Source of the DNA: Acidimicrobiia bacterium
Lineage (GTDB): Bacteria > Actinomycetota > Acidimicrobiia > Spongiisociales > ZC4RG35
Assembly: GCA_009377735.1 (NCBI GenBank)
Contig: WHTL01000001.1
Coordinates: forward strand, 1 to 38,205
Direction of reading: 5' to 3'
Length of the DNA stretch: 38,205 nt
Shown: piece by piece, positions 6,801-15,613 of the stretch
How the letters are laid out: every line of letters starts with the position of its first letter
Position numbering within the stretch: the first letter of the stretch is position 1
The notes under the pieces: model-generated
Told to the model about the DNA's origin: nothing
The model's input: the letters and a program-made list of their open reading frames with translations, nothing else
Database searches by the model: none
Made by a program: the position numbers and the translations under genes

Positions 6801-7762
6801 CCCTCGATCAGCGGGATATCTCCGCCTTGCTCGAGCCACTCCTCCGCCATGGCGTCGATGGCGCCGCTCTCGTGGAGGGCTTCAAGGGCGGGGTTGACAC
6901 AATTCACGTACTCGTTGCCCTCGGTGAAGAGGAGACCCATGCCCTCCCCACTGTCACCTTGCTCTGGCAGAAGACCGGAGATGACCGCATTCTCCAACTC
7001 GACCGCGGTGAGGAAGTGGGCAGTCGGGAGACCCACGACGGTGGCGTCGATCTGTCCCGCATTTAGGGCGGCAACGGTGTCTGCCTGGGTGTTGTATACC
7101 GCGGTGTCGGTATCGCCGATCACCTGCTCGATATAGTCGAGATCGGTGGTCCCGATGGTGGCTCCCAGGTTGGCTTCCGCCAGCTCAGCGAAGGTAGTTG
7201 CCTGGGCGGCTGGGGTGTCGCTCAAAGCGATCACCGACTTCTGCACGTTGTAGTAGGGGATGGAGAAATCGACGACCTCGTCTCGCTCCTCGGTGATGGA
7301 GTACTGCTGCATGTTGAAGTCGTAGTCCTTCTCACCGGGGGCGATGGCCTGATCGAAACCGGTGCGGACCCAGCTGACGTCCTCGGCGGCGAAGCCCAAC
7401 TCCTCGGCGAGGGCATATGCCACGGCACTCTCGAATCCCTCACCGTTGGTGGGGTCATCGTCCATCATCCAAGGTGGGAACACCGGTTCCCCGGTGGCGA
7501 TGGTGAGCTTTCCGGGTTCGAAGAGGAGATCACTGTCGGTGGAGCAGGCGGCGTTTACGGTGGTCTCCGTCGCCGCCGCGGTGGTCTCGGCAGGAGCCGC
7601 GGTGGTCTCGCCCGCCGCGGTGGTCTCGGCAGGGGCAGTGGTGTCCGGCGCAGCAGCGGTGGTCTCGGTCCCGACACCCGTAGTGTCTGCGGGATCCGAT
7701 CCCCCACACGCGGCCAGAACCAGGGTGAGTGCCAGCGTCGAATACATCAGCTTGCGGTACAT
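6797..7762 (-). CDS. Amino-acid ABC transporter substrate-binding lipoprotein (SBP family 3) with a Thr/Ala-rich tether
   Basis: Signal peptide with lipobox LAAC. ETTAA/DTTAP-type repeat linker followed by an SBP_bac_3-like domain. SD-like AGGAGG lies about 7 nt upstream of the ATG. Confidence 0.85.
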   Translation of the reverse strand: MYRKLMYSTLALTLVLAACGGSDPADTTGVGTETTAAAPDTTAPAETTAAGETTAAPAETTAAATETTVNAACSTDSDLLFEPGKLTIATGEPVFPPWMMDDDPTNGEGFESAVAYALAEELGFAAEDVSWVRTGFDQAIAPGEKDYDFNMQQYSITEERDEVVDFSIPYYNVQKSVIALSDTPAAQATTFAELAEANLGATIGTTDLDYIEQVIGDTDTAVYNTQADTVAALNAGQIDATVVGLPTAHFLTAVELENAVISGLLPEQGDSGEGMGLLFTEGNEYVNCVNPALEALHESGAIDAMAEEWLEQGGDIPLIEG

Positions 7763-7892
7763 CGGGATCCTCCTGGAGAAATACGATTCGATTGCTTCAA
7801 CACTCCCAATGCGAGATCACTGGCGAACTGTCACCCACAGGGAAAGATCCAGTTTACGACGTGATGAAGATCAGGTGTTCACCCGTGCCGGG

Positions 7893-8780
7893 TCAGGTGA
7901 TCGATGCCTCGTAGATGCTCCCAATCGAGGTGTCCAGGGCAGAGTCGAACTCCTCGTCGCTCTGCTGTGCGGTAAGCCCTTCGGTGAGGGCCCTCGAGAA
8001 GCTGGCGATCATGCCTTGGTTACGGGTGAGGCGATCGGTAGCCTCCTCCCTGCTGTAGCCACCGGAAAGGGCGGCGACCCGAAGTACCTTCGGGTGGGAG
8101 ATGAGGTCGGCGTAGTGTCCGTCCACCTCGGGGAGAGTCAGTTTCAGCATCACTTGCTCGTCGTCGCCGATCGACTCCAGACCGGCCAGGATCGTGGACC
8201 TGAGGGAATCTTCCGCTGCCTCCTTTTCGGGGCTGTGGATGTCGATCTCCGGTTCCAGGATGGGCACCAGCCCCGCGGCGAGGATCTGACGACCGATCTC
8301 GAACTGCTGGTCGACCACGGCACCGAGACCGGTGGGGTTGGCCATCTTGATGACAGACCGCATCTTGGTGCCAAACACACCGTGCTCCAGCGCCTTGGCC
8401 AGGAGTGAGTCGAGACCCGGGATGGGCTTCATCACCTGTGCCCCATCGCTCTCATCGGCAAGGCCCTTGTCGACCTTCAGGAAGGGGACTACCTGCTTCT
8501 TCGTCCATAGATATTCGGCGGAGCCCAAACCCTCGATCTCGCGATCCATGGTGTTCTCGAAGAGGATCGCACCAACGACACGATCTCCTCCGAAGACGGG
8601 ACTGGTGATGATCCGTGTTCGCATCTCGTGGATCTTCTCGAACATCTCGTCGTCACCGGAGTACTCCGACTCCTCGACTCCGTATACCCGCAGCGCCTTG
8701 GGGGTGCTGCCGCCGCTTTGGTCGAGGGCGGCGATGAAGCCCTTGCCCTTGGCCATCTTGTCGAACTGCTGCTGGTTCAT
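7893..8780 (-). CDS. Class I fructose-bisphosphate aldolase
   Basis: MNQQQFDKMAKGKGFIAALDQSGGSTPKAL N-terminus is typical of Gram-positive class I FBA. SD AGGGAG lies upstream of ATG 8780. The track ORF extends to 8903 without support. Confidence 0.85.
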   Translation of the reverse strand: MNQQQFDKMAKGKGFIAALDQSGGSTPKALRVYGVEESEYSGDDEMFEKIHEMRTRIITSPVFGGDRVVGAILFENTMDREIEGLGSAEYLWTKKQVVPFLKVDKGLADESDGAQVMKPIPGLDSLLAKALEHGVFGTKMRSVIKMANPTGLGAVVDQQFEIGRQILAAGLVPILEPEIDIHSPEKEAAEDSLRSTILAGLESIGDDEQVMLKLTLPEVDGHYADLISHPKVLRVAALSGGYSREEATDRLTRNQGMIASFSRALTEGLTAQQSDEEFDSALDTSIGSIYEASIT

Positions 8781-8953
8781 GGGAGGTCTCCCTTGTGAAA
8801 AGTGTCTTGATCCCGACAATAGCCAACCGAGAAGCTGTCCCCCCACTGATGTAGGGGCCGGGGACGGTTCCTGCCGGCCGGAGGCCGGGAGGAAGGGGGG
8901 CACAACAGCCTCGATAGTCGCGACCCGATCGCATCGGGGAGTTGCCCGATCGT

Positions 8954-8970
8954 CAGCGCCTTCGGCGCTG
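8954..8970 (-). terminator. Hairpin downstream of livM (cagcgc-cttcg-gcgctg)
   Basis: Perfect 6-bp GC-rich stem 12 nt after the livM stop. There is no U-tract. Confidence 0.4.
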
Positions 8971-8981
8971 CCACTCCCCCC

Positions 8982-10007
8982 TCATTCGAGGGGAGAGAAT
9001 GTTTGACGGCGTTTGAACCAATCGTCCACGGTCGGGATCACGCCATTTGGGATCCAGAGGAAGAGGATGATGATGAGCAATCCATACGGCACCAGCCGCA
9101 GGTGACCCAGATCGAGGAGAGCCTCGTTGATGGCGGTAAAGGTGACCGATCCGAGGATGGGACCGAGTAGCGAGCCGATCCCACCGAACGCCAGCATCAC
9201 CAACACCACCACGTCCAGCTCGGCGAATTCGAAGGTGGTCGGACTGACCCGGCCCTGGGTGAACGCATAGATGGCGCCGGTCATCCCCAACATGGCCGCA
9301 CCGATCAGGGCTGCATAGACCCTATATCGGGCCACGTTGACACCAGCCAGCTCGGCGGCGATTTCGTCGTCCCGAAGGGCCCGGAATCCCCAGCCAATGT
9401 GTGACCGGCGCAACAAGCCATGCAAGAGGAGAAAAACGAGCACCATGGCAAGCATCAGGTAAAAGGCCGGCACCCGACTCCTGAGGAAGCTGTCACCACC
9501 CGAACTGATCAAGAACCCAGATTCTCCTCCGGTGAGATCGCCCAGCCCGAGCACGAGGTTCTCGAAGGCCAGTGCGAAGATGAGGGTGACTATCCCGGTG
9601 AAGATGACACCGAGCGAGCGTCGCACCGCGATCCAGCTGAGGAGCCCACCGGCGAGGCTCGAAGCCAACGTCGCGGCGAGGATGCTGACAACGATGGGTA
9701 GGCCCACAGTATCGCCGAGGATGGCAGCGCCGTAGCCACCGATCCCGGCGAGGGCGCCGACACATAGGAACAGTTGTCCCGTGCTTCCGAAGATCACGTT
9801 GAAACCGATGGCATAGCCGGCAAAGGCGAGTCCGAGAACGGACACCGTCATCATCACTCGGGAGTCACCGAGCCAGAGCGGCATCAGGGACAGTACCGCA
9901 CCGACCGCCAGTACCGGGACCACAAGGGCGGGTAGCGACCGGACTCCTCGTCGTTCGGTGCCACCAACGACAGATGTCCCGGTCGCCTCTGTGAATCTCT
10001 CCGTCAT
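8982..10007 (-). CDS. livM: Branched-chain amino-acid ABC transporter permease
   Basis: 341-aa polytopic membrane protein. Operon position is after livH, with an ATGA overlap. Confidence 0.8.
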   Translation of the reverse strand: MTERFTEATGTSVVGGTERRGVRSLPALVVPVLAVGAVLSLMPLWLGDSRVMMTVSVLGLAFAGYAIGFNVIFGSTGQLFLCVGALAGIGGYGAAILGDTVGLPIVVSILAATLASSLAGGLLSWIAVRRSLGVIFTGIVTLIFALAFENLVLGLGDLTGGESGFLISSGGDSFLRSRVPAFYLMLAMVLVFLLLHGLLRRSHIGWGFRALRDDEIAAELAGVNVARYRVYAALIGAAMLGMTGAIYAFTQGRVSPTTFEFAELDVVVLVMLAFGGIGSLLGPILGSVTFTAINEALLDLGHLRLVPYGLLIIILFLWIPNGVIPTVDDWFKRRQTFSPLE

Positions 10008-10861
10008 TCCCTGATTCCCAGAAGGCCGGAGGGACGGATGAGAATGGTCACCGCCGCCGCACCGAGAAGGATGATAAGAGAGAGGAAGGTGCCGATGTAG
10101 GTGGTGGCGAGGCTGTTGATCACTCCGAGGATGATCCCGGCGAGGAAGGCGCCGGCGACACTGCCCAGACCGCCGACGACGGTCACGATCAGGGCGAAGA
10201 CCGTGATCGAGAAGCCAGCGGTGACCGTCACCGGGCGGATCATCGATTGGGTGAGCGCCACCACCGCGGCGAGGACACCGCTCAGGATCAGGATGAAACG
10301 AAGCATCTTGGAGGGATCTATCCCAACCAATCGAGCCCCCTCCTCGTCTTCGATAATCGATCTCACCGCCCTCCCCACCGCGGTACCTCTGAGGAAGACG
10401 AAGAGCAGGGCAAAGACCGCGAGGATGATGGCCGACCCCACGATGCTGCCTCGTCGCATTGGAAGACCGAAAAGCTCGATCGGATCGCCCGAGATGTTCA
10501 AACTCAGGGCCGCCACCGGATACCGCCAGTTGAGGAACCCATCGACCATGAACGCCACCCCGAGGGTGAGAAGGAGGCTGAGCAGCACCCGTGCCTCGCC
10601 ATGACGTCGGTAGATGGGGCGAAGGATGGTCCTATCAAAGAGAAATCCGACGACACCCCCGGTGACCAGACCAATGCCCACTGCCGTCGGTACCGAGACT
10701 CCGGCGTCGATCGTGAACAAGACCGCCATGGCAGAGATGACCGCCATCTGTCCGTAGGCGAGGTTGAGGACACCACCCAAGCCGTACACCAGGGTCATTC
10801 CGGCAGCGAGCAGCCCGAACTGGAGTCCGAGCACGATTCCGTCGAGGATGATCGCCGTCAT
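10004..10861 (-). CDS. livH: Branched-chain amino-acid ABC transporter permease
   Basis: 285-aa polytopic protein with a LivH-type N-terminus (MTAIILDGIVLGLQFGLLAAGMTLVYG). ATGA overlap with livF. Confidence 0.8.
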   Translation of the reverse strand: MTAIILDGIVLGLQFGLLAAGMTLVYGLGGVLNLAYGQMAVISAMAVLFTIDAGVSVPTAVGIGLVTGGVVGFLFDRTILRPIYRRHGEARVLLSLLLTLGVAFMVDGFLNWRYPVAALSLNISGDPIELFGLPMRRGSIVGSAIILAVFALLFVFLRGTAVGRAVRSIIEDEEGARLVGIDPSKMLRFILILSGVLAAVVALTQSMIRPVTVTAGFSITVFALIVTVVGGLGSVAGAFLAGIILGVINSLATTYIGTFLSLIILLGAAAVTILIRPSGLLGIRE

Positions 10862-11571
10862 GTCACCCCGAGATATGCTCGACGGACCCGGGGGTCGTTA
10901 GCGAGCTCCTCGGACGTGCCCTCAAGGTTGATCACACCGTCTTCGAGGACATAACCCCTATCGGTGAATTCCATGGCCAGTGGGACCTGTTGCTCGGCGA
11001 CGAGAAGGGTCAATCCCTGACCACGGATGATGGCCAATGCCTCATACGCCTCGTGGGCAAGTTTTGGTGCCAGCCCCGTCGTGGGCTCGTCGAGGACGAG
11101 GAGACGAGGTTGGGACATCAGGGCTCGCCCGATGGCCAGCATCTGCTGTTCACCGCCACTCAGAGTCCCGGCCCGTTGTCCACGACGTTCGGCGAGGCGC
11201 GGAAAGATGTCGTAGACGACCGACAGGGTCTCCGGGTCGGGACGCCTGGGATAGGCGCCCAAGGAGAGATTCTCCTGGACCCTCATCCGGGGGAACAGGT
11301 GTCGTTCGGCGGGTACGAATCCGAGACCGGCCCGGACGATCTTCTGTGCGGGTTGTCCGGTCAACTCCTTACCGTCGAACACCACCGCACCGGAGCTCGG
11401 TTGGTTGAGCCCACACATCGTACGGAATAGTGTGGTCTTCCCGGCTCCATTCGAGCCCATGATCATCACCGCCTCCCCCTCGTTCACGTGGAAGCTGATG
11501 TCGTGGACTACGTCGTTACCTTGATACCCGGCTGCCAGGTCCCGAACTTCAAGCACTCTAGATATCCTCAC
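10858..11571 (-). CDS. livF: Branched-chain amino-acid ABC transporter ATP-binding protein
   Basis: Walker A GSNGAGKTT, signature LSGGEQQML, Walker B LVLDEP. The start is GTG at 11571, or GTG at 11556 which gives MLEVRDLAAGY. Confidence 0.85.
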   Translation of the reverse strand: MRISRVLEVRDLAAGYQGNDVVHDISFHVNEGEAVMIMGSNGAGKTTLFRTMCGLNQPSSGAVVFDGKELTGQPAQKIVRAGLGFVPAERHLFPRMRVQENLSLGAYPRRPDPETLSVVYDIFPRLAERRGQRAGTLSGGEQQMLAIGRALMSQPRLLVLDEPTTGLAPKLAHEAYEALAIIRGQGLTLLVAEQQVPLAMEFTDRGYVLEDGVINLEGTSEELANDPRVRRAYLGVT

Positions 11572-12289
11572 CGAGATAGGCCTCGATTACCCTTGGATCC
11601 CGCATCACCCGCTCAGGATGACCCTCGGTGACGACCTTCCCGAAGTCAAGCACCACGATGCGCTCCGCCAATCGCATCACCGCCTTCATTACATGCTCCA
11701 CCCAGATGACCGTGATCCCGAAGTGGTCCCGTATGGTCCTCACGATCTCGACGGAGGCGTCCAGCTCGGCGTCGTTGAGACCAGCCATGACCTCGTCAAG
11801 AAGCAGGAGACGGGGCTGTCCGGATACGGCGCGGGCCAGTGCAAGGAAGCGCTGCTCGTGAAGATTAGGACTGCCAACATGGTCGAATCGTCGCTCACCG
11901 AGACCAACAAACGAAAGGACCTCGTCGGCGGCTTGGAGGGCAATTGCCTCGTCCCGATAGGCACCTGCCTGGCCGAACAGGGCACCAACGGCAACATTCT
12001 CCAGCACAGTCATCGTCGGGAAGGAGCGCGGAGTCTGCTGAACCATCGCGATTCCCTTCTGTCGAACCCGATGCGTGGGAGCGCGGGTGATGTCCTCACC
12101 GGCGAAGCTGATGGTTCCCGCAGTGGGAAACTCCAGACCCATGATCAGCTTGAGCATGGTGCTCTTCCCGGCGCCGTTGGGGCCGACGATGGCGAGAATC
12201 TCACCTTCGTCCGCCCCAACGCTCACTCCATCGACGGCCGGGAGCCCGCCGTAGTGCTTCCCGACCTCATCCAGCTCAAGCAGGGGCAA
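11558..12289 (-). CDS. livG: Branched-chain amino-acid ABC transporter ATP-binding protein
   Basis: Walker A GPNGAGKST, Walker B LLLDEV and a LivG-like C-terminal extension. TTG start. Confidence 0.85.
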   Translation of the reverse strand: MPLLELDEVGKHYGGLPAVDGVSVGADEGEILAIVGPNGAGKSTMLKLIMGLEFPTAGTISFAGEDITRAPTHRVRQKGIAMVQQTPRSFPTMTVLENVAVGALFGQAGAYRDEAIALQAADEVLSFVGLGERRFDHVGSPNLHEQRFLALARAVSGQPRLLLLDEVMAGLNDAELDASVEIVRTIRDHFGITVIWVEHVMKAVMRLAERIVVLDFGKVVTEGHPERVMRDPRVIEAYLGEDI

Positions 12290-12298
12290 CGGTTAGTA

Positions 12299-13642
12299 CT
12301 ACGGCTGGTACGGCTCAAGTGGCTCGGACTGGCTCAAAACCTCGATCCACCAGTCGCCGGCTTCGTTGAGCCCTTCTGGCGGCGGACCTTCGGTGATCCC
12401 GAAGAAAGTCGGCTGCGACTCCGCCAGCTCACCCCACTCGGTCCAACTCACAGGGTGAGCGTAGCCCTCCAGCTCGAACGAGTTCTGGTGCATGTAATCG
12501 GCGATCGCCACCGGGTCGTCACCAACCTCTCCCACCGCCTCGGCCACCATCGTCACTATGCCGAAACCAGCTACCGCGTCGTCCGACATGAAAGCGTTGT
12601 CGGAAAAGGCGAGATAGCGCTCGGCCAGGGCGGCGTATCCGTCGCTCCCGTAGTCGGCGCAGGAAAAGTCCGTGTAGCGTCCGACGGCGACCTCGGGCTG
12701 GGCTGCTACCGCGAGATCGGGTGGTATCCACGCCCCGGTAACAGGCACATCGCCGATCAGGTCCGCCGAAAGACCCAGGATCGCCGCGTTCCCGGGGGGA
12801 TGACCGGTGGCAACGACCATCTGGGCACCGGCGTCGGCCATTGCCCGCACAAACGGGGTGAAGTCTGTGTCGGGTGGAACCGGGGCGACCTGGATCTCGC
12901 CATAGTCGACGCCGGAGCCCTCGAAGGTTGTCTCCACCGCGCCGGCGAATGCCTGACCCCAGGCGTAGTCGGCGATGATCACTCCCACGTTGGTGAGACC
13001 CTCCTCTTGGGCGTACTGCAACACGGGTCCAGCGGTCATCGGTGCCGCGGGGAGACAGGAGCGGAACATGAAGTGGCTATCCGCGGTGAGGGCGGCCTCG
13101 GTTCCTGACTTCACCAGGAAGGTGGGCATCTCCAGCTCCTCAGCGAGGGGCGAAATCGCGGCACCCACGGTGCTGGAGATGACTCCACCCAGCGCCACCA
13201 CACCGTCCTCGACCAGTCGCTCGAAGCCGTCGATACCGGCATCGGCATCGTTCGCCGAGTCCTGGACGACGATCTCGATCATGCGGCCATCGACCCCACC
13301 AGCGGCATTGATCTCCTCGGCGGCGAGCAGCATCCCGTCGCGAGCTTGGACAGCCCAGGGGGTGAAGTCGGTCAGATCGGTCAGCGCACCGATCCTGATG
13401 GGTTCGCCCGACGTCGGTTCGGTTGCCTCGGGGGTCGCCGCGGTGGTGTCGGGTGCAGCCGCGGTGGTATCGAGTGCGGCTCCTGTGGTGTCGGTAGCGG
13501 CCGCGGTGGTGTCCGGGGCCGCAGCGGTGGTGTCAGTAGCGGCCGCTGTGGTGTCGGTAGGGCCGTCGCCACCACATGCCACCAGGACCAGCGATAACAC
13601 CACTCCCAGCGCCAGCCACGTTGATCTCGAACGTTTCCTCAT
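12299..13642 (-). CDS. Branched-chain/aliphatic amino-acid ABC transporter substrate-binding lipoprotein (LivK family) with a tandem DTTAAA linker
   Basis: MRKRSRSTWLALGVVLSLVLVACGG lipoprotein signal. SD GGAGGAG lies upstream of ATG 13642; ATG 13657 is an alternative and the track ORF to 13804 is unsupported. Periplasmic binding protein type I-like body. Confidence 0.8.
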   Translation of the reverse strand: MRKRSRSTWLALGVVLSLVLVACGGDGPTDTTAAATDTTAAAPDTTAAATDTTGAALDTTAAAPDTTAATPEATEPTSGEPIRIGALTDLTDFTPWAVQARDGMLLAAEEINAAGGVDGRMIEIVVQDSANDADAGIDGFERLVEDGVVALGGVISSTVGAAISPLAEELEMPTFLVKSGTEAALTADSHFMFRSCLPAAPMTAGPVLQYAQEEGLTNVGVIIADYAWGQAFAGAVETTFEGSGVDYGEIQVAPVPPDTDFTPFVRAMADAGAQMVVATGHPPGNAAILGLSADLIGDVPVTGAWIPPDLAVAAQPEVAVGRYTDFSCADYGSDGYAALAERYLAFSDNAFMSDDAVAGFGIVTMVAEAVGEVGDDPVAIADYMHQNSFELEGYAHPVSWTEWGELAESQPTFFGITEGPPPEGLNEAGDWWIEVLSQSEPLEPYQP

Positions 13643-13810
13643 ATTTCTCCTCCTCATCGCCTCGCTCTCAGGAGACCGAGAGATTGGTGAACTCCCCGAT
13701 GCCCGGTTGACGGCGACGTGAGGAAGGGTAATCCCCAAGTCGCCCCAGGTGTCGGCGATTTTGGATGCCACGTACCGGGTCATGTCTGGTGACCTGCCCG
13801 ACACATCCTA

Positions 13811-13838
13811 TGATTGTCCACAACTATGTCGACAATCA
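13811..13838. promoter_or_regulatory. Candidate GntR-type operator: 8-bp inverted repeat tgattgtc-N12-gacaatca with internal TTGTCCACAA and TGTCGACA palindromes
   Basis: Read directly from the sequence; it abuts the ATG of the ligU-like gene. The GTCCACAA half-site resembles the palindrome at 17292-17307. Confidence 0.4.
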
Positions 13839-14914
13839 TGCAGTCGTTTGCGGCCGGGGTTCGTTGCATGGTTATGTGGCACCTCCAAGGGGGCCTACTT
13901 TCTCCGCGATGATCTGCCGATGGACCGGGGAGAGCGAGATGAGATCCTGCTCCGCATCATGGGGACACCCGACCCCCGGCAGATCGATGGCATAGGCGGC
14001 GCGCATCCCTTGACCTCCAAGGTGGCAGTGGTCGGTGCCGACCGGGAGGGTCATGGCGATATCGAGTACCTCTTCCTCCAACTCGGTGTTGATGAGGTGA
14101 TGGTGACCGATCGTCAGTACTGCGGGAACATCCTCGCCGGGGTGGCACCATTCGCGGTGGAACGTGGGTTGGTCAAGGCGGACGGCGAGCAGGCAATGAT
14201 TTCGATCCACATGCTCAATTTCGACTCATATGCGACGGCGACCTTTCCGATCGCCCAGGGCGGGGCGGTCTACGTGGGGGAACAGGCAATCTCCGGGGTT
14301 TCGGGGACCGCGGCTCCCATCCGTCTCGAGTTCGAGGGCCTGGCCGGTTCGACAACCGGTGCCCTCCTGCCGAGCGGCCGGATCACGGACGAGGTCGAGG
14401 GTGTGACATGCACCTGATCGACAACGGCATGCCGGTAGTGGTGATGCGTGCGGAGTCCATGGGCATCACCGGGTACGAGTCATGCGCCGAATTGGAGGCC
14501 AATGACGCCCTCCGTGAGCGTCTTGAGCTGATCCGTCTCGCCGCTGCCGAGCTGATGGATCTGGGCGACGTCTCCTCTGCCACCGTTCCCAAGATGACCA
14601 TGGTGGCACCCCCGAAGAACGGTGGCACCATCACAACTCGCACATTCATACCCCATCGATGCCATCAGGCGATTGGTGTGTTCGGGGCGGTATCCGTTGC
14701 TACCGCGATCCTGCTGCCTGGCTCGGTCGGCTCGGACCTGGTCGGCCCATTGGCAGGCGACACGGTCGTCTTAGAGCATCCGACAGGCTCCTTTCAGGCA
14801 GTGGTCGAGATCATCTCGGGCGACGACGCGATCCCAGTGGTGAAACGTGCCGGATTCGTCCGTACCGCCCGCAAGCTCATGGATGGGTTGGTGTTTCCCC
14901 GACCCTATCTCTGA
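13838..14914 (+). pseudogene. PrpF-family 4-oxalomesaconate tautomerase (LigU/GalD-like), interrupted by two frame changes
   Basis: The homologous protein is readable only by switching frame. The 13838-13876 part (window frame 2) gives MQSFAAGVRCMVM. The 13878-14414 part (frame 3) gives GTSKGAYFLRDDLP...DGIGGAHPLTSKV...CGNILAGVAPFA...VEGVTC. The 14414-14914 part (frame 2) gives LIDNGMPVVV...FIPHRCHQAIGVFGAVSVA. The conserved MRGGTSKG motif is truncated at the first junction. Confidence 0.7.
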
Positions 14915-15613
14915 TCATTCATCGGGGGCACGGTCGACGAACTCGACCCCCAGCCGTGTGAGTTTCTCCCGTATCCCGTCCATGTCGAGGGTGAGCTCAC
15001 CGGCGGCGAGGCGGGTCCGTTTCTCCTTCTCGCGTTCTAGACGCTCCTCGGATGCGGCGAGGCAGTCGTCGACGGTCTCTCTGGGGACGATCACCACACC
15101 ATCGTCGTCGGCACACACCAGGTCACCGGGCCGAACCGTGACGCCGCCGATTGTGACCGGGACGTTGACCGAGCCCGGAGTCTCCTTTTCTGTTCCCAGG
15201 GGGGACACATGTCGGGTCCATACGGGGAATCCCATCGTGCGCAGCTCGGCGACATCACGCACCCCGGCGTCGATGACCAGACCGCGGACCCCTCGCGTCC
15301 GGAGCGACGTGGCCAACAGCTCGCCGAACATCCCATGGGTGGAGGGCCCGTCGTTGGTAACGACCAGGATGTCCCCCTCTCGACACACCTCGATGGCGGC
15401 GTGGATCATCATGTTGTCGCCTGGATGGCTCAATACCGTGACCGCGTTGCCAGCGACAGATGCACCGCGTTGGATCGCTTGGATATTAGGAGCGATCGAC
15501 CCGGTCCGACCCTGGGCTTCGTGGATGGTGGCCACACCGAGCGACGGAAAGCGATCGACGATCTCGAGCTCGGTCCTCGGGATGTCCCTCACCACGAGAT
15601 GTCGCCGACTCAC
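14915..15613 (-). CDS. ligK: 4-carboxy-4-hydroxy-2-oxoadipate aldolase / oxaloacetate decarboxylase (RraA-like class II aldolase)
   Basis: Motifs VATIHEAQGR, GELLATS, GLVIDAGVRD, FPVW, DDDGVV and a LAAGEL tail. GTG 15613 forms a GTGA overlap with the ligJ stop. The track start at 15625 is the alternative. Confidence 0.75.
   Translation of the reverse strand: MSRRHLVVRDIPRTELEIVDRFPSLGVATIHEAQGRTGSIAPNIQAIQRGASVAGNAVTVLSHPGDNMMIHAAIEVCREGDILVVTNDGPSTHGMFGELLATSLRTRGVRGLVIDAGVRDVAELRTMGFPVWTRHVSPLGTEKETPGSVNVPVTIGGVTVRPGDLVCADDDGVVIVPRETVDDCLAASEERLEREKEKRTRLAAGELTLDMDGIREKLTRLGVEFVDRAPDE

Noticed and set aside
7362-8408. 348-aa plus-strand ORF
   Set aside because: It is antisense to the SBP gene and the class I aldolase gene, spans their intergenic region, and has repeat-derived low-complexity sequence.
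11618-13108. 496-aa plus-strand ORF
   Set aside because: It is antisense to livG and the LivK-like binding protein. It has no recognisable domains, and the opposite strand has clear ABC motifs.
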